Below, one piece after another: positions 13,318 through 23,619 of a DNA stretch of 64,000 nt. A program made the translations under genes and the position numbers. The number at the start of each line of letters is the position of its first letter. Position 1 is the stretch's first letter. The notes below the pieces were generated by a model. The model worked only from the letters and a program-made list of their open reading frames with translations, made no database searches and was not told the origin of the DNA. The DNA is taken from the sequence record PQ227241.1; one strand, 5' to 3'.

Positions 13318-13668
13318 ATGAATGTTTACACTTATCAGATAGCTAAATATAAGTTAGTTATAGAGAAAGGAATAAAACCTCTAGACATAACTGTTAAATC
13401 AGGTGCGTATCAACTCGCACCTACTTGGTTAATGGTTATGGGACATAAGAAAGGAATTATATCAGATGATGAATACACTGAAGCATATCTCAGTATGTTA
13501 GAGCAATCATTGATTGATAATCCAGAATTCTTTAAATGGTTCTTCCAATTAGAGGAAGTAGCATTAGGTTGTTATTGTCGCGCTGGTAATTTCTGTCACC
13601 GGCATTTATTAGTAGAATGGCTTGAAACAAAAACAGAGGTCATTTACTGTGGTGAGATATCAAAGTAA
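13318..13668 (+). CDS. DUF488-like protein
   Basis: LAPTW.MV...K.G......YT..Y...L and L.CYC.....CHR..L motifs characteristic of DUF488-type proteins. Confidence 0.65.
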   Translation: MNVYTYQIAKYKLVIEKGIKPLDITVKSGAYQLAPTWLMVMGHKKGIISDDEYTEAYLSMLEQSLIDNPEFFKWFFQLEEVALGCYCRAGNFCHRHLLVEWLETKTEVIYCGEISK

Positions 13669-13691
13669 AATAAAGACCCTAAGGAACTATA

Positions 13692-14012
13692 ATGAAAACT
13701 ACAGAAGATTATCGTTTAACACTTTGTCAACGTCTACGAATGTTTGATGTTGAACTATCAGAAGATCTATTACGTCGATTACCAGTGTGTACAGATGTAC
13801 CCACTTTATCAGCTTGCTTTCAACAACTATTAGCTCAATACCCTAGTCAGACGTTGACAGCTAGAACTACCATTGATGATTCAGTCACCTTTGAAGTATG
13901 GTATGCTAATTTTCTAGCCAACATATTACCAATTCTTAAGAGGCATAGGTTGCCTCCATGTACTGACCAGAATTCAATACCTGTCTATCAAGGGGTATCT
14001 CGCTCAAGCTAA
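13692..14012 (+). CDS. Hypothetical protein
   Basis: 106-aa ORF with an AAGGA SD. Confidence 0.6.
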   Translation: MKTTEDYRLTLCQRLRMFDVELSEDLLRRLPVCTDVPTLSACFQQLLAQYPSQTLTARTTIDDSVTFEVWYANFLANILPILKRHRLPPCTDQNSIPVYQGVSRSS

Positions 14013-14044
14013 TGGTATGTTAAACAACCTTAAAGGAAATTACC

Positions 14045-14719
14045 ATGACTAAACGAGAATTGGTAGAAAAAGAATGCCTATGGATTATTGACATGTTTCT
14101 ACCTGGTAGTAGTAATGTTGATATCTATAAAGAAATGTTTGCACGAATGAATGATGAGGAATTTGAGGAGTGGATTAATAAGTTAGATTCTGGTGAAGAG
14201 ATGTTGGCATTATATGCTCCTAACTTATGCACTAAGCCTAAATTAACTATTAAGCAAAATTATAAAGTTGCTAAAGCGATTGGTCATAATTTATTCCAAC
14301 ACATCATTTTAACTGATCCAGGTACTGGCCAGGTATATCGAACTGCTAATAAACATTTAGTTGGTTTAATACCAATCCGTCGTCAAGTACAAATGCTTGA
14401 GAAAAAGAAAAGTATTCCAGGTTCTAGTCACGTGATTGACCAGAGGTCAGGGCAGGTAACTGGTGATTCTAAAGGATCCCGTATGTCTGCACCAGAGATT
14501 CAAGTTAACGCTTCAAAAGGTCTCCGTTATTCCATGATCGAATTCATGAAACTGCGTGGTGGCGACCAGAAGGCGTATAATGCAATGAACCGCTCTATTA
14601 TCGAAACTGGTAGTGCTTCTGTTGATTCCATCATGTCCACTTATGATACTACTGTGCAATCTAATAAAACATTTGCATGTTATCTAAAAGGCATGATGCT
14701 ACAAAATAACTTGGTGTAA
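14045..14719 (+). CDS. gp149: Virion RNA polymerase beta-subunit C-terminal fragment
   Basis: D.RSGQVTG.SKG.R.S.PE motif homologous to the C-terminus of bacterial beta (RSTG..S...QQP..G.....GQR.GEME). 224 aa. Confidence 0.85.
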   Translation: MTKRELVEKECLWIIDMFLPGSSNVDIYKEMFARMNDEEFEEWINKLDSGEEMLALYAPNLCTKPKLTIKQNYKVAKAIGHNLFQHIILTDPGTGQVYRTANKHLVGLIPIRRQVQMLEKKKSIPGSSHVIDQRSGQVTGDSKGSRMSAPEIQVNASKGLRYSMIEFMKLRGGDQKAYNAMNRSIIETGSASVDSIMSTYDTTVQSNKTFACYLKGMMLQNNLV

Positions 14720-14721
14720 TT

Positions 14722-15228
14722 ATGAATAATCGCCAGATTTATGAAGATATGTGCGAAGCTTTAATTGTATCTAATACTGAGTTAGTAAATGGATACAGTG
14801 CTGAAATCATTGCGGATATTTTGGATTTACTAAATAACTGGAGTACCAATACTCATTGGTATCACATTGCTGATAAAACAGTTATTAGGGATATCTGGAA
14901 TTTATTCCGTAATAAAGGTAATCGTCTTCAACCTATCTTAAGTTTAGTTAGTCGATTTAAGATGGCTGTTAATGATTGGGATGGTGTGGTGAAATTACTA
15001 GCTGATTCTATTTATCCTTATCAGCCTAATTCAACTATTGTTGACCAAGAAATGTTAGCGCGATTAATTCCACGAAAAGAATTAACTGACATTTTATACC
15101 AAAATGATTGGTTAGTTTGGATTATTTGCCAATGTTTAAATATCCGTTATATTACTAATATGGTTGAATCTATCCCAGTTCAAGCTAAGCCATCTAAAAA
15201 GAAGGCGGTAAATAATAATGTTTCGTAA
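14722..15228 (+). CDS. Hypothetical conserved protein
   Basis: 168-aa ORF translationally coupled to gp149. Confidence 0.6.
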   Translation: MNNRQIYEDMCEALIVSNTELVNGYSAEIIADILDLLNNWSTNTHWYHIADKTVIRDIWNLFRNKGNRLQPILSLVSRFKMAVNDWDGVVKLLADSIYPYQPNSTIVDQEMLARLIPRKELTDILYQNDWLVWIICQCLNIRYITNMVESIPVQAKPSKKKAVNNNVS

Positions 15229-15934
15229 AATCTTAATTGATCTTGACTCACTATTAGATACACGGTTAGGAACCATTAGGTTACTAAATAAAGATGCAGC
15301 TAATAAGCTTGTTACCAATGGTCAAATTTACTGGCATAGGGAAATGGATGATTGGACTAAACTAACAGATGGTTTAGTAACTAATGAACAATTTGTCGAA
15401 GCTTATTCTAAACGTGGTGGTGAAAATACTGCTGACACTATCAATAGTTCTATATTCACTGGTATCATTCCATTTATTATTCAATTAATAGCCCAATCAG
15501 ATTTGAATAGATTAGATGGTATAGTTAATGCTAATTTTGAAACATGTCTTGAAGTCAATATCTGGCCATATGAATTGACACCAGATGCTCAAGATGAATT
15601 ACTATACTGCTTACATAAGTACATAGGTGATCATATTCAGATCACCCTGATTAATACTCAATTAACAGACCTTACTTGTTCTAGATTAAACTCTATCTAT
15701 TCGATGGCGATTATGTATAATTTTGGAGAATGGTGTAAAACCCATGTTCTTGAATTAGGACAAGTGTTGATGCCTGACTTTACCATTATTGGTCCAAAGC
15801 TATTTGAGAAAGACGTAAGTGAATTAGCTGTTGAAGATAAACAGTTTATTATCATGGATTTCCAGCTAAAGCATAAACTTAATATCGACTTTGATTTCAT
15901 CGATGCTGAATACTTTTCCATGTTTAAGCCATGA
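15218..15934 (+). CDS. HAD-like protein
   Basis: N-terminal ILIDLDSLLDT resembles HAD motif I (DxD). Confidence 0.5.
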   Translation: MFRKILIDLDSLLDTRLGTIRLLNKDAANKLVTNGQIYWHREMDDWTKLTDGLVTNEQFVEAYSKRGGENTADTINSSIFTGIIPFIIQLIAQSDLNRLDGIVNANFETCLEVNIWPYELTPDAQDELLYCLHKYIGDHIQITLINTQLTDLTCSRLNSIYSMAIMYNFGEWCKTHVLELGQVLMPDFTIIGPKLFEKDVSELAVEDKQFIIMDFQLKHKLNIDFDFIDAEYFSMFKP

Positions 15935-15940
15935 TACCCA

Positions 15941-15967
15941 ATAGAAAGCCCTAATAGGGCTTTCTAT
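15941..15967 (+). terminator. Intrinsic terminator
   Basis: ATAGAAAGCCCT-AAT-AGGGCTTTCTAT perfect 12-bp stem right after the stop, followed by GCTGTT. Confidence 0.85.
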
Positions 15968-16035
15968 GCTGTTTTAAGCTATAATTACTACATTGGTATA
16001 GATAATATAAAAAGTGTCTTAAACGACGAAATAAA

Positions 16036-16055
16036 GCCCTCCCCGAAGGGAGGGC
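16036..16055 (-). terminator. Intrinsic terminator with UUCG loop
   Basis: GCCCTCCC-TTCG-GGGAGGGC-TTTATTT on the minus strand after gp146. The 25-nt core is identical to 48201..48225. Confidence 0.9.
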
Positions 16056-16066
16056 AATATGTCGTT

Positions 16067-19000
16067 TTAAATAACAGCACCTTTGGAAACTACCCAATTA
16101 GTACCGTCCCATAGGAGAGTAAGAATTGTTTTAGTATCGCCTAGGTCATCTACTATTAATGGAGTACCATTGTTCCACTGTAGCACTGCACTAGATAGTG
16201 TTGGCATAGCTACCTTACCAAGTAGTACAAGAACAGCCGTTACCATACGATCAACAGGTCCATTCTCTAGTGTAATGGTTTGGTTAGCAGCAGTTTGAAC
16301 CCTATAGCACTGTTGGTTAGCTGGTGTTAGAGTTAAAGCTGTACCAGTGAATGTACTTGATTTCAGACTATATACATCGAATGATTTATCTAGCTTCTTC
16401 CAAGTAATATTAGTACCAGTACGGCTACGTACCCAATCACCATCAGCGGTTACATCATTATTCGGACCTTGGAATAGAGTCCATGATTTAGCCGCAGCGT
16501 TACGTAGGAATAGTTGTCCACTAGTAGCATCAGCTTGATCAACTATAATAGTTACAGGTGTCCATTTAGAACCACTAGCTGTTTTCTCACGTACATAGTT
16601 AGTGCCATTAGCACCTTCACTAGGTACTTCACCAATAACTGCGGCTGGTACAGCTACCCATTCACCATTTTGCATACCCATTAGAGTATCATCGGTTTGC
16701 AGAGGTGCTACATCAACCCAGTTACCAGCTACACGACCTTGAGGCTTAGTAGCTTGTGCAGTATCACGTACTACATCCGCAGGAATCTCAGGGAATGTAA
16801 TGGTAGCCCATTCAGTTTCACCCCCTGCAATACCTTTACGAACGTATTGTGCATTAACAACTGGACTAGGTACAGCATCAATGGCAGGTGTTGGTAATTC
16901 AATAGCAGTCCATTCAACAGCCCCGTCAGCGGTTGCTTTACGGCGACCATAGAAGACACCTACTTCAGCATCTACCACCTCATCAACAGGTAGTTCAGTC
17001 CAACCGAGTTTGTACCGAACCATTTTCTTATCGACATCTTCTGGATCGACTTCACTAACTGGAACGGACATTAGTTTGTAGAATACAACCCAGTTAGCAT
17101 CTTTATACCAGACAGTGCCAGTTTTGTCGATACACCAGTCACCACGATTACCATCGATAGATGTAGGTGCAGTTTGACCTTCAGGTAGAATTACCCAAGA
17201 GGATCCACGTTCACCTTTCTGACCGGTTTTACCAGGCATACCTGGAACACCTTGCTTGCCCTCAGGACCTTCAGGACCCTGCGGACCCATAGCTAGGACA
17301 CCTAGGCTTTCCCAAGTAAATGTACCTTCAGTATCGATACTTACAAATACTTCTACTTGTCCTTTAGTATTGGTGCGAATGGCAATACCTTTACCTACGT
17401 TATCAGCAGATGCTACTGGTTTACCAGCATCATCACCAACATAGATAATTAATAGACCACCACCTTGTTTACCTTCAGGACCTTGTGGGCCTTCGACACC
17501 CTGGATACCCTGCTCACCATTTAGATTAATTGGGCCGATATAGCCATCAATTTCCTGACCTTGGTAAGTATAGAGCATTGTACCTTCGTTAGTTTCAACC
17601 CAGTATGAATCACCAGTTACTAAGTCAGGATCAGTGTCTTTCTTTGGTAGTTGTGAAGCATCGGTTAAAACACCTTTAATGTTTAAACCTTCACCCGGTT
17701 TACCTTGCGGACCTGCCATAATACCAATGCTAGTCCAGCGACTACCGTCCATGTTAACAAATACTTCGCCCGTGGACTTAACAGTATATGCTTTCCATTG
17801 GTTATCGGCAAGTGCTTCTGGTGGGGTATCTTCAGGAGTGTCAATCGCTGCGATGATCTGGATAGGTTCACCAGCGGGACCTTGTGGGCCTTCTGGTCCC
17901 TCGGGTCCTTCTGGTCCCTGATCACCGTCTTTACCAGGTGCGCCATCTTCACCTTTAGGACCTCGATGTGTACCACTATTTACCCAATTACCATCTATCT
18001 TAACAAATAAGGTAGATGTGTCTTGTGTGAAGTACGCTGCCTGATCAGGAGCATCTGCCGGCAGGGCTGCCTCATTGGCAACAGCACCAGTAATAACTAC
18101 GTTCTTACCATGTAGACTGATTAACCATTCACCCTCAGTACCAGTGAAGCCATTGTCCAATGCTACTTGGAAAGCCGATTTACCTTGTGCCCCTGGTTCA
18201 CCAGGTAGACCTTGTTCGCCATCTTCACCTTGCGGACCTTCAGGGCCCTGCGGGCCACGGAATGAACCCATGGCTGTCCATGAGATATCAACAGTCGGAT
18301 CTTGGCCAGTCAGTACATAAACCGTATTGGTGGAACGTACTGAAACACCTTGGTATTGTTCTACACCAGTGGTGGTTAATAGATCATCAGCAGTTTCAAC
18401 TGCTTTAACTACTTCTAAGTTACGACCTTGTGGACCAGGTTCACCTTGTTTACCATCGGGACCCGGATCACCTGTATTACCTGGTTTACCTTGTGGGCCC
18501 TCAGGGCCTTGGAAAGTACCTAGGTCTGACCATGCCCCTTTTACAAAGATGAATAGATGTTCTGGTTTACCAGCTTCCATAGTAACTAAGTATGCTTCTG
18601 ATTCTTTAGCTACAGATGGATCAGGTAAATCAGCTGGTGATGGTAGTGAATCCTTAATGGTAAACGGCATTGCTGGTTCACCCTGAGGACCTTCAGGACC
18701 AATTTCACCATCTTTACCTTGCGGACCCTCAGGGCCCTCAGGTCCACGTTCACCCTGTGGTGTAACTGGGAACCAATCATAGTCATCAATAGTTGGATTC
18801 TCTGGCGGATTATTACCTGAGATAAGCATCCACGCCCAGAGTTGATTATTCCATGAATAAGCATCTCCAGGTTTATTACTTTCAGTCTTAGGTAATTCTA
18901 AGTTATTAGGCCAACGACCACGGATAACTAGACCAGTACCATCTGGACCACGAAGTGAACCTGTTTCAACCCAACGACCTTTTACAGGGGGGTCTTCATT

Positions 19001-19348
19001 ACCTAGCGGTGATTCCCACACCCATAGCCGATCTTCAACGAACCAAGCATCACCGACATTATGCGTATCTAATGGTTTAATATCTTGTTCGAATGTTGCT
19101 AGATCAACATTAGCGATAATGTTAATAGCCGGACCAACTGGGCCAGGAGGGCCTTGTTCGCCATCTTTACCCGGCTGACCATCTTCACCCTTTAATCCAG
19201 GTATAGTAACAGGATCAACGAAAGTAGTATTAAGACCCACCCCGGTAGAAACCGGGATGTGTCCATTAACTACAGAAGTGGGCTCATCAATTGATGATAC
19301 CCGTTTGGGGAGTTCCCCGTTTACATAATCTTCAAATGCAGAAGCCAT
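16067..19348 (-). CDS. gp146: Collagen-like fibre protein
   Basis: 1093 aa with many Gly-X-Y runs (GPEGPEGPQG) alternating with roughly 60-aa Trp-containing modules, and a C-terminal beta domain. Confidence 0.85.
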   Translation of the reverse strand: MASAFEDYVNGELPKRVSSIDEPTSVVNGHIPVSTGVGLNTTFVDPVTIPGLKGEDGQPGKDGEQGPPGPVGPAINIIANVDLATFEQDIKPLDTHNVGDAWFVEDRLWVWESPLGNEDPPVKGRWVETGSLRGPDGTGLVIRGRWPNNLELPKTESNKPGDAYSWNNQLWAWMLISGNNPPENPTIDDYDWFPVTPQGERGPEGPEGPQGKDGEIGPEGPQGEPAMPFTIKDSLPSPADLPDPSVAKESEAYLVTMEAGKPEHLFIFVKGAWSDLGTFQGPEGPQGKPGNTGDPGPDGKQGEPGPQGRNLEVVKAVETADDLLTTTGVEQYQGVSVRSTNTVYVLTGQDPTVDISWTAMGSFRGPQGPEGPQGEDGEQGLPGEPGAQGKSAFQVALDNGFTGTEGEWLISLHGKNVVITGAVANEAALPADAPDQAAYFTQDTSTLFVKIDGNWVNSGTHRGPKGEDGAPGKDGDQGPEGPEGPEGPQGPAGEPIQIIAAIDTPEDTPPEALADNQWKAYTVKSTGEVFVNMDGSRWTSIGIMAGPQGKPGEGLNIKGVLTDASQLPKKDTDPDLVTGDSYWVETNEGTMLYTYQGQEIDGYIGPINLNGEQGIQGVEGPQGPEGKQGGGLLIIYVGDDAGKPVASADNVGKGIAIRTNTKGQVEVFVSIDTEGTFTWESLGVLAMGPQGPEGPEGKQGVPGMPGKTGQKGERGSSWVILPEGQTAPTSIDGNRGDWCIDKTGTVWYKDANWVVFYKLMSVPVSEVDPEDVDKKMVRYKLGWTELPVDEVVDAEVGVFYGRRKATADGAVEWTAIELPTPAIDAVPSPVVNAQYVRKGIAGGETEWATITFPEIPADVVRDTAQATKPQGRVAGNWVDVAPLQTDDTLMGMQNGEWVAVPAAVIGEVPSEGANGTNYVREKTASGSKWTPVTIIVDQADATSGQLFLRNAAAKSWTLFQGPNNDVTADGDWVRSRTGTNITWKKLDKSFDVYSLKSSTFTGTALTLTPANQQCYRVQTAANQTITLENGPVDRMVTAVLVLLGKVAMPTLSSAVLQWNNGTPLIVDDLGDTKTILTLLWDGTNWVVSKGAVI

Positions 19349-21558
19349 TATACTACTTCCTCAAGTTCGATTTTCATCAGTCCAGTGGTGTTGGACACAG
19401 CGTTTGCTGAGTCACAGTTATACCACTTATTGCCATCCTTGATGGTGTAGGTGTCAACTTGATTTGCATCATCCGCCTTATAAGTGAAGTTTAAGCTACC
19501 AGTAGAACCTTTAGATAGGTTACTGCAACGTAGTTTACCAGTATTGGTTACTTCAGTACCAATATCAGTTTCACGGTTCGGCCAAGCAGCCACACTTAGA
19601 GTGCGGAATACAAATCCACCTAGTACATAAGTACCACCATTTACACTATTAGCTTCAACACCAGCTAAACCTTTTAGAACCACACTGTTAAAATCGTAGG
19701 TTCCTTTAGGATCATCGTCATGTACTAGTAATGCACGTGTCCATACCTTACCAGTGGCATCAGATTTCCAATCCTCAGTAGCCCACTTACCGCCAGGCGC
19801 ATTCATGGCCGGAGCTGCACTTAGTTTCTGAGTAGAGGTTAAAGTAATGACATGACTTTGTACTTGGGTTCCAAAGTTACCACCTGAACGAAGGCGAGCA
19901 GCAGGGTAGGTAACCGTCGCAGTAGGTGCCGCATTTGCAATAGCCACAACAGCAATAGCTGTAGCTACACTACCATTAGCTGCACGTTTAGCAGTAATTA
20001 ATAGGTTATTAGTGCTGTCGTTATAAGTACCTGACTTATAAGTAACTACCTTAGCAATTTCTGCTTCATTTGCACTGGTTATAGTAAGCTGATCATTTGG
20101 TGAGGAATAAACCACACTATCAGCATTAGATACCGTATTGGCTACAGTAGCAGTTTCACCTACTTTAATAGCACTTTGACCAGACGGATAAGTTACTTGA
20201 CCAATATTAACAACTGGGCGAAGATCGTTTAACTGCATAGTGTTAATTTTATCTTCGGAACCAGCATCACTGGAAGTAAACCATTCTGACCATGATCCAG
20301 TTGATTTCTGAACACGTACACGGAAACCATATGCCTTAGTAGTATTACCACGATCAGCTACATAAAGACCAGTAACCTCTAGTTCTTTAGTAGGTGCAAC
20401 AGTACCACTACTTTCTTTCAGTGCACCAAAGTCAGCAATTTCGTATGCTACTATATTTTCATCAGTAACAACTTTAATTGCAACAAGGTCATCTTCTTTA
20501 AGTTCTGTTTGACCTAACGGATAACCGCCAGTAAATACAGCACTAGTAATATTAGCGGGAGTATCGGCTAATACCTTAGTAGTGAATTTAGCCCCATCGG
20601 CGTGTTCTACAACAATATCAGCATAACCTTCAGTAGTGGGTGCACCAAGATCAATATCGGCAGTAGCAATCCACATAGGTGGATTAACGCCAGGAGTTAC
20701 AACTGCATCTATGTTATTGATTTTAACACTAGGTACATAACTAGAATGTCCAGTTATTGCATCAACGATAACTCGAACATTACTAGTAGTTGATAGGCAT
20801 GACTGTACGCTGTGCCCATCGGGGGTACGCACAATACTACCTACGTTCTGACTGGGGTCAGTTGCTTGTACATCTTTGACGAATACACCGCCACTAATAC
20901 CTTCATTTTTAGGAAGGTTCTTAAGATCAACGGTCGTTTCATCAACGCCTTCAACAATACGGATATTACCGTCATTCTTGAATGCAATGTAATCAGTTAA
21001 ACTACCAATCTGGAATTCACCATTGTCATAAATACGAATTTCAGACTCAGGTAATTCGGGTAATGCACCTTGCGTAGTGGGCGCAGAAGCGTTCTTTAGA
21101 TAAGAATAACCTTCTGCTTCCATACGACCTTGTTCCATCATACGCTGAGGTATTTTATCACCAGCAGTTAAGTCGTCTTGATTTAGACGCTTATCAAACA
21201 GGAAAGCAAAGTTATGGAAAGCAGCGTTGGATGATAATCCACCATTCTTGCCAGTTACACGCAGTACATCTTTAACTGTGTAACCTTGTTGATTTAAGAG
21301 CGACTGGAGTAGTTCAGCAGTCATGGTTGCATGCAGTGATGTTAACCATTCCTGTTCAGTACCTTGGAAACCATTTTTAACGGCAATCTCGTACGCACTA
21401 AGACCGGGTGCTCCAGTCTGTAGTTTTGACAGCAGAAACTTATAGTTATCGACTTGACCAGCTGCATCGGTATGAATTAATTCAATATACTCGCTATCGT
21501 TAAGAGTAGCTAGATCCGGCAGTTGACTGATCTTGCCTTTGTCTGTAACATTTGCCAT
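19348..21558 (-). CDS. gp145: Virion fibre-associated structural protein with Ig-like beta repeats
   Basis: 736 aa with an N-terminal KISQLP domain and a G.SAY.IA..NGF.GTE.EWL.SL module also found in gp146. Coupled to gp146 by a TAATG overlap. Confidence 0.75.
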   Translation of the reverse strand: MANVTDKGKISQLPDLATLNDSEYIELIHTDAAGQVDNYKFLLSKLQTGAPGLSAYEIAVKNGFQGTEQEWLTSLHATMTAELLQSLLNQQGYTVKDVLRVTGKNGGLSSNAAFHNFAFLFDKRLNQDDLTAGDKIPQRMMEQGRMEAEGYSYLKNASAPTTQGALPELPESEIRIYDNGEFQIGSLTDYIAFKNDGNIRIVEGVDETTVDLKNLPKNEGISGGVFVKDVQATDPSQNVGSIVRTPDGHSVQSCLSTTSNVRVIVDAITGHSSYVPSVKINNIDAVVTPGVNPPMWIATADIDLGAPTTEGYADIVVEHADGAKFTTKVLADTPANITSAVFTGGYPLGQTELKEDDLVAIKVVTDENIVAYEIADFGALKESSGTVAPTKELEVTGLYVADRGNTTKAYGFRVRVQKSTGSWSEWFTSSDAGSEDKINTMQLNDLRPVVNIGQVTYPSGQSAIKVGETATVANTVSNADSVVYSSPNDQLTITSANEAEIAKVVTYKSGTYNDSTNNLLITAKRAANGSVATAIAVVAIANAAPTATVTYPAARLRSGGNFGTQVQSHVITLTSTQKLSAAPAMNAPGGKWATEDWKSDATGKVWTRALLVHDDDPKGTYDFNSVVLKGLAGVEANSVNGGTYVLGGFVFRTLSVAAWPNRETDIGTEVTNTGKLRCSNLSKGSTGSLNFTYKADDANQVDTYTIKDGNKWYNCDSANAVSNTTGLMKIELEEVV

Positions 21559-21660
21559 TTTTATTTCCTTGCTGTATAAGAAACACTAACATGTTAGTCT
21601 TTCGAAGAAGACTCATACAGTAATGTACTATTGCTAATGAGTAATATTTTAACAACATAA

Positions 21661-21680
21661 GAGAGTCCCGAAGGACTCTC
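21661..21680 (-). terminator. Intrinsic terminator with UUCG loop
   Basis: GAGAGTCC-TTCG-GGACTCTC-TTATGTTGTT on the minus strand, downstream of the endolysin. Confidence 0.8.
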
Positions 21681-21763
21681 AAAAAGTTACATTGGCACAA
21701 GATGTGGTTTATCATGAGGGGAAGTTTCACATGATACCATAGACTCCATTCTATTGCTACATC

Positions 21764-22585
<822 letters not shown>

Positions 22586-22607
22586 TTAGGTTCATTGAGG
22601 GTATTAC

Positions 22608-23141
22608 TTAACTTTCTAGATAACGGATTTGACCATTTTCTAGATAACGTGCTGCACCATTCTCTAATAGTCGGATAGTATCTGACGTATCATCAATACG
22701 TTGAATTAGTATATTACATTCACCATAGTAAGCATAACTACTCGACATAGCTACTATCGTGTATGGAACAATATCCGTAGTTGCATTGATTGGTGTTGTA
22801 TCGAATGAAATATCATCTGGTCCAAGCTTCCAACCTCGTGAACGGTTAATTTCTTCAGCAATCGCTTTAGGTGTTAAAGTACCAACTATCTTAAGGATAG
22901 ATCCTTCACCAATAGCTCGTGGATCAGCAAAATCTAACCGACGGTAAGTTAACATGTACTTAATGTCAGTAGTAATGTCGATCATTTCAATAAATGTACG
23001 TCCAGGCTCAATCGTGGTTGGACTAAAAAACATATCTTCAAATGTAACTGTTTCTGGTTTGAAGTTTATTTTTAAATCATCCCGCGCAAGTTTTACTAGC
23101 GCATTCCTCGATGCCATGTCATACGGAAAGATATCCTGCAT
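22608..23141 (-). CDS. gp143: Virion structural protein with C-terminal RxLE(N)G triple repeat
   Basis: 177 aa with an RTFIEM...YRRLDF family motif. Ends IRLLENGAARYLENGQIRYLES. Confidence 0.7.
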   Translation of the reverse strand: MQDIFPYDMASRNALVKLARDDLKINFKPETVTFEDMFFSPTTIEPGRTFIEMIDITTDIKYMLTYRRLDFADPRAIGEGSILKIVGTLTPKAIAEEINRSRGWKLGPDDISFDTTPINATTDIVPYTIVAMSSSYAYYGECNILIQRIDDTSDTIRLLENGAARYLENGQIRYLES

Positions 23142-23188
23142 GTCAAACCTCTATAGTGGTAAAATGTTTAATCCACATAGCATTATAA

Positions 23189-23213
23189 AGCCTTCCTCTT
23201 GAAGAGGAAGGCT
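23189..23213 (-). terminator. Intrinsic terminator
   Basis: AGCCTTCCTCTT/AAGAGGAAGGCT perfect inverted repeat 10 nt downstream of the membrane-protein gene. Confidence 0.8.
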
Positions 23214-23223
23214 ATTATAGTTT

Positions 23224-23619
23224 TTATTGCATAAGCATCTTTATTAATTCAAAGGTACCTTGCACAATAGTCTTTAACACATTGGCACTTTCTTCTGACA
23301 TAGGTGCACCAGATAAAACTACCATAGTAGATACTGATGCCCCAATAAGAGTAACGCCACCAGCTAATACCAATACCGCATTACGGTAAGAATCTTTAGC
23401 CTTCACTTCAGCAATTTCCCGGCTGAGAATTTTATATTGAAGATCTGAATCGGTAATAGCATAAATTAGACTAAGTACTTCCTCACCAGTTATACTTAGA
23501 TTTATACGTTGTTCCTTTTCCAATACACTATTCAAATAGGTACGTATCTTCTTTCCATAGTCTTTAGAAGAAGATAAAGGATTACCATCGATCTCAATCA
23601 GAACGTCCTCTAGGGTCAT
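23224..23619 (-). CDS. Membrane protein with C-terminal hydrophobic helices (holin candidate)
   Basis: GGAG SD before the ATG at 23619. Hydrophobic segment AVLVLAGGVTLIGASVSTMVVLSG. Lies between the spanins and the endolysin. Confidence 0.6.
   Translation of the reverse strand: MTLEDVLIEIDGNPLSSSKDYGKKIRTYLNSVLEKEQRINLSITGEEVLSLIYAITDSDLQYKILSREIAEVKAKDSYRNAVLVLAGGVTLIGASVSTMVVLSGAPMSEESANVLKTIVQGTFELIKMLMQ

Noticed and set aside
15929-15970. A second Pro-UGA ending (HAD-like gene) as another readthrough case
   Set aside because: A terminator begins 6 nt after the stop, and the downstream frame encodes no recognisable motif.
16083-18864. Many short alternative-frame and antisense ORFs inside gp146
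   Set aside because: They are shadows of Gly-Pro-X codon repeats, which leave other frames stop-poor. No SD signals or independent motifs.
21500-21730. 76-aa ORF between endolysin and gp145
   Set aside because: Runs through a terminator and overlaps the gp145 start in another frame; no SD.
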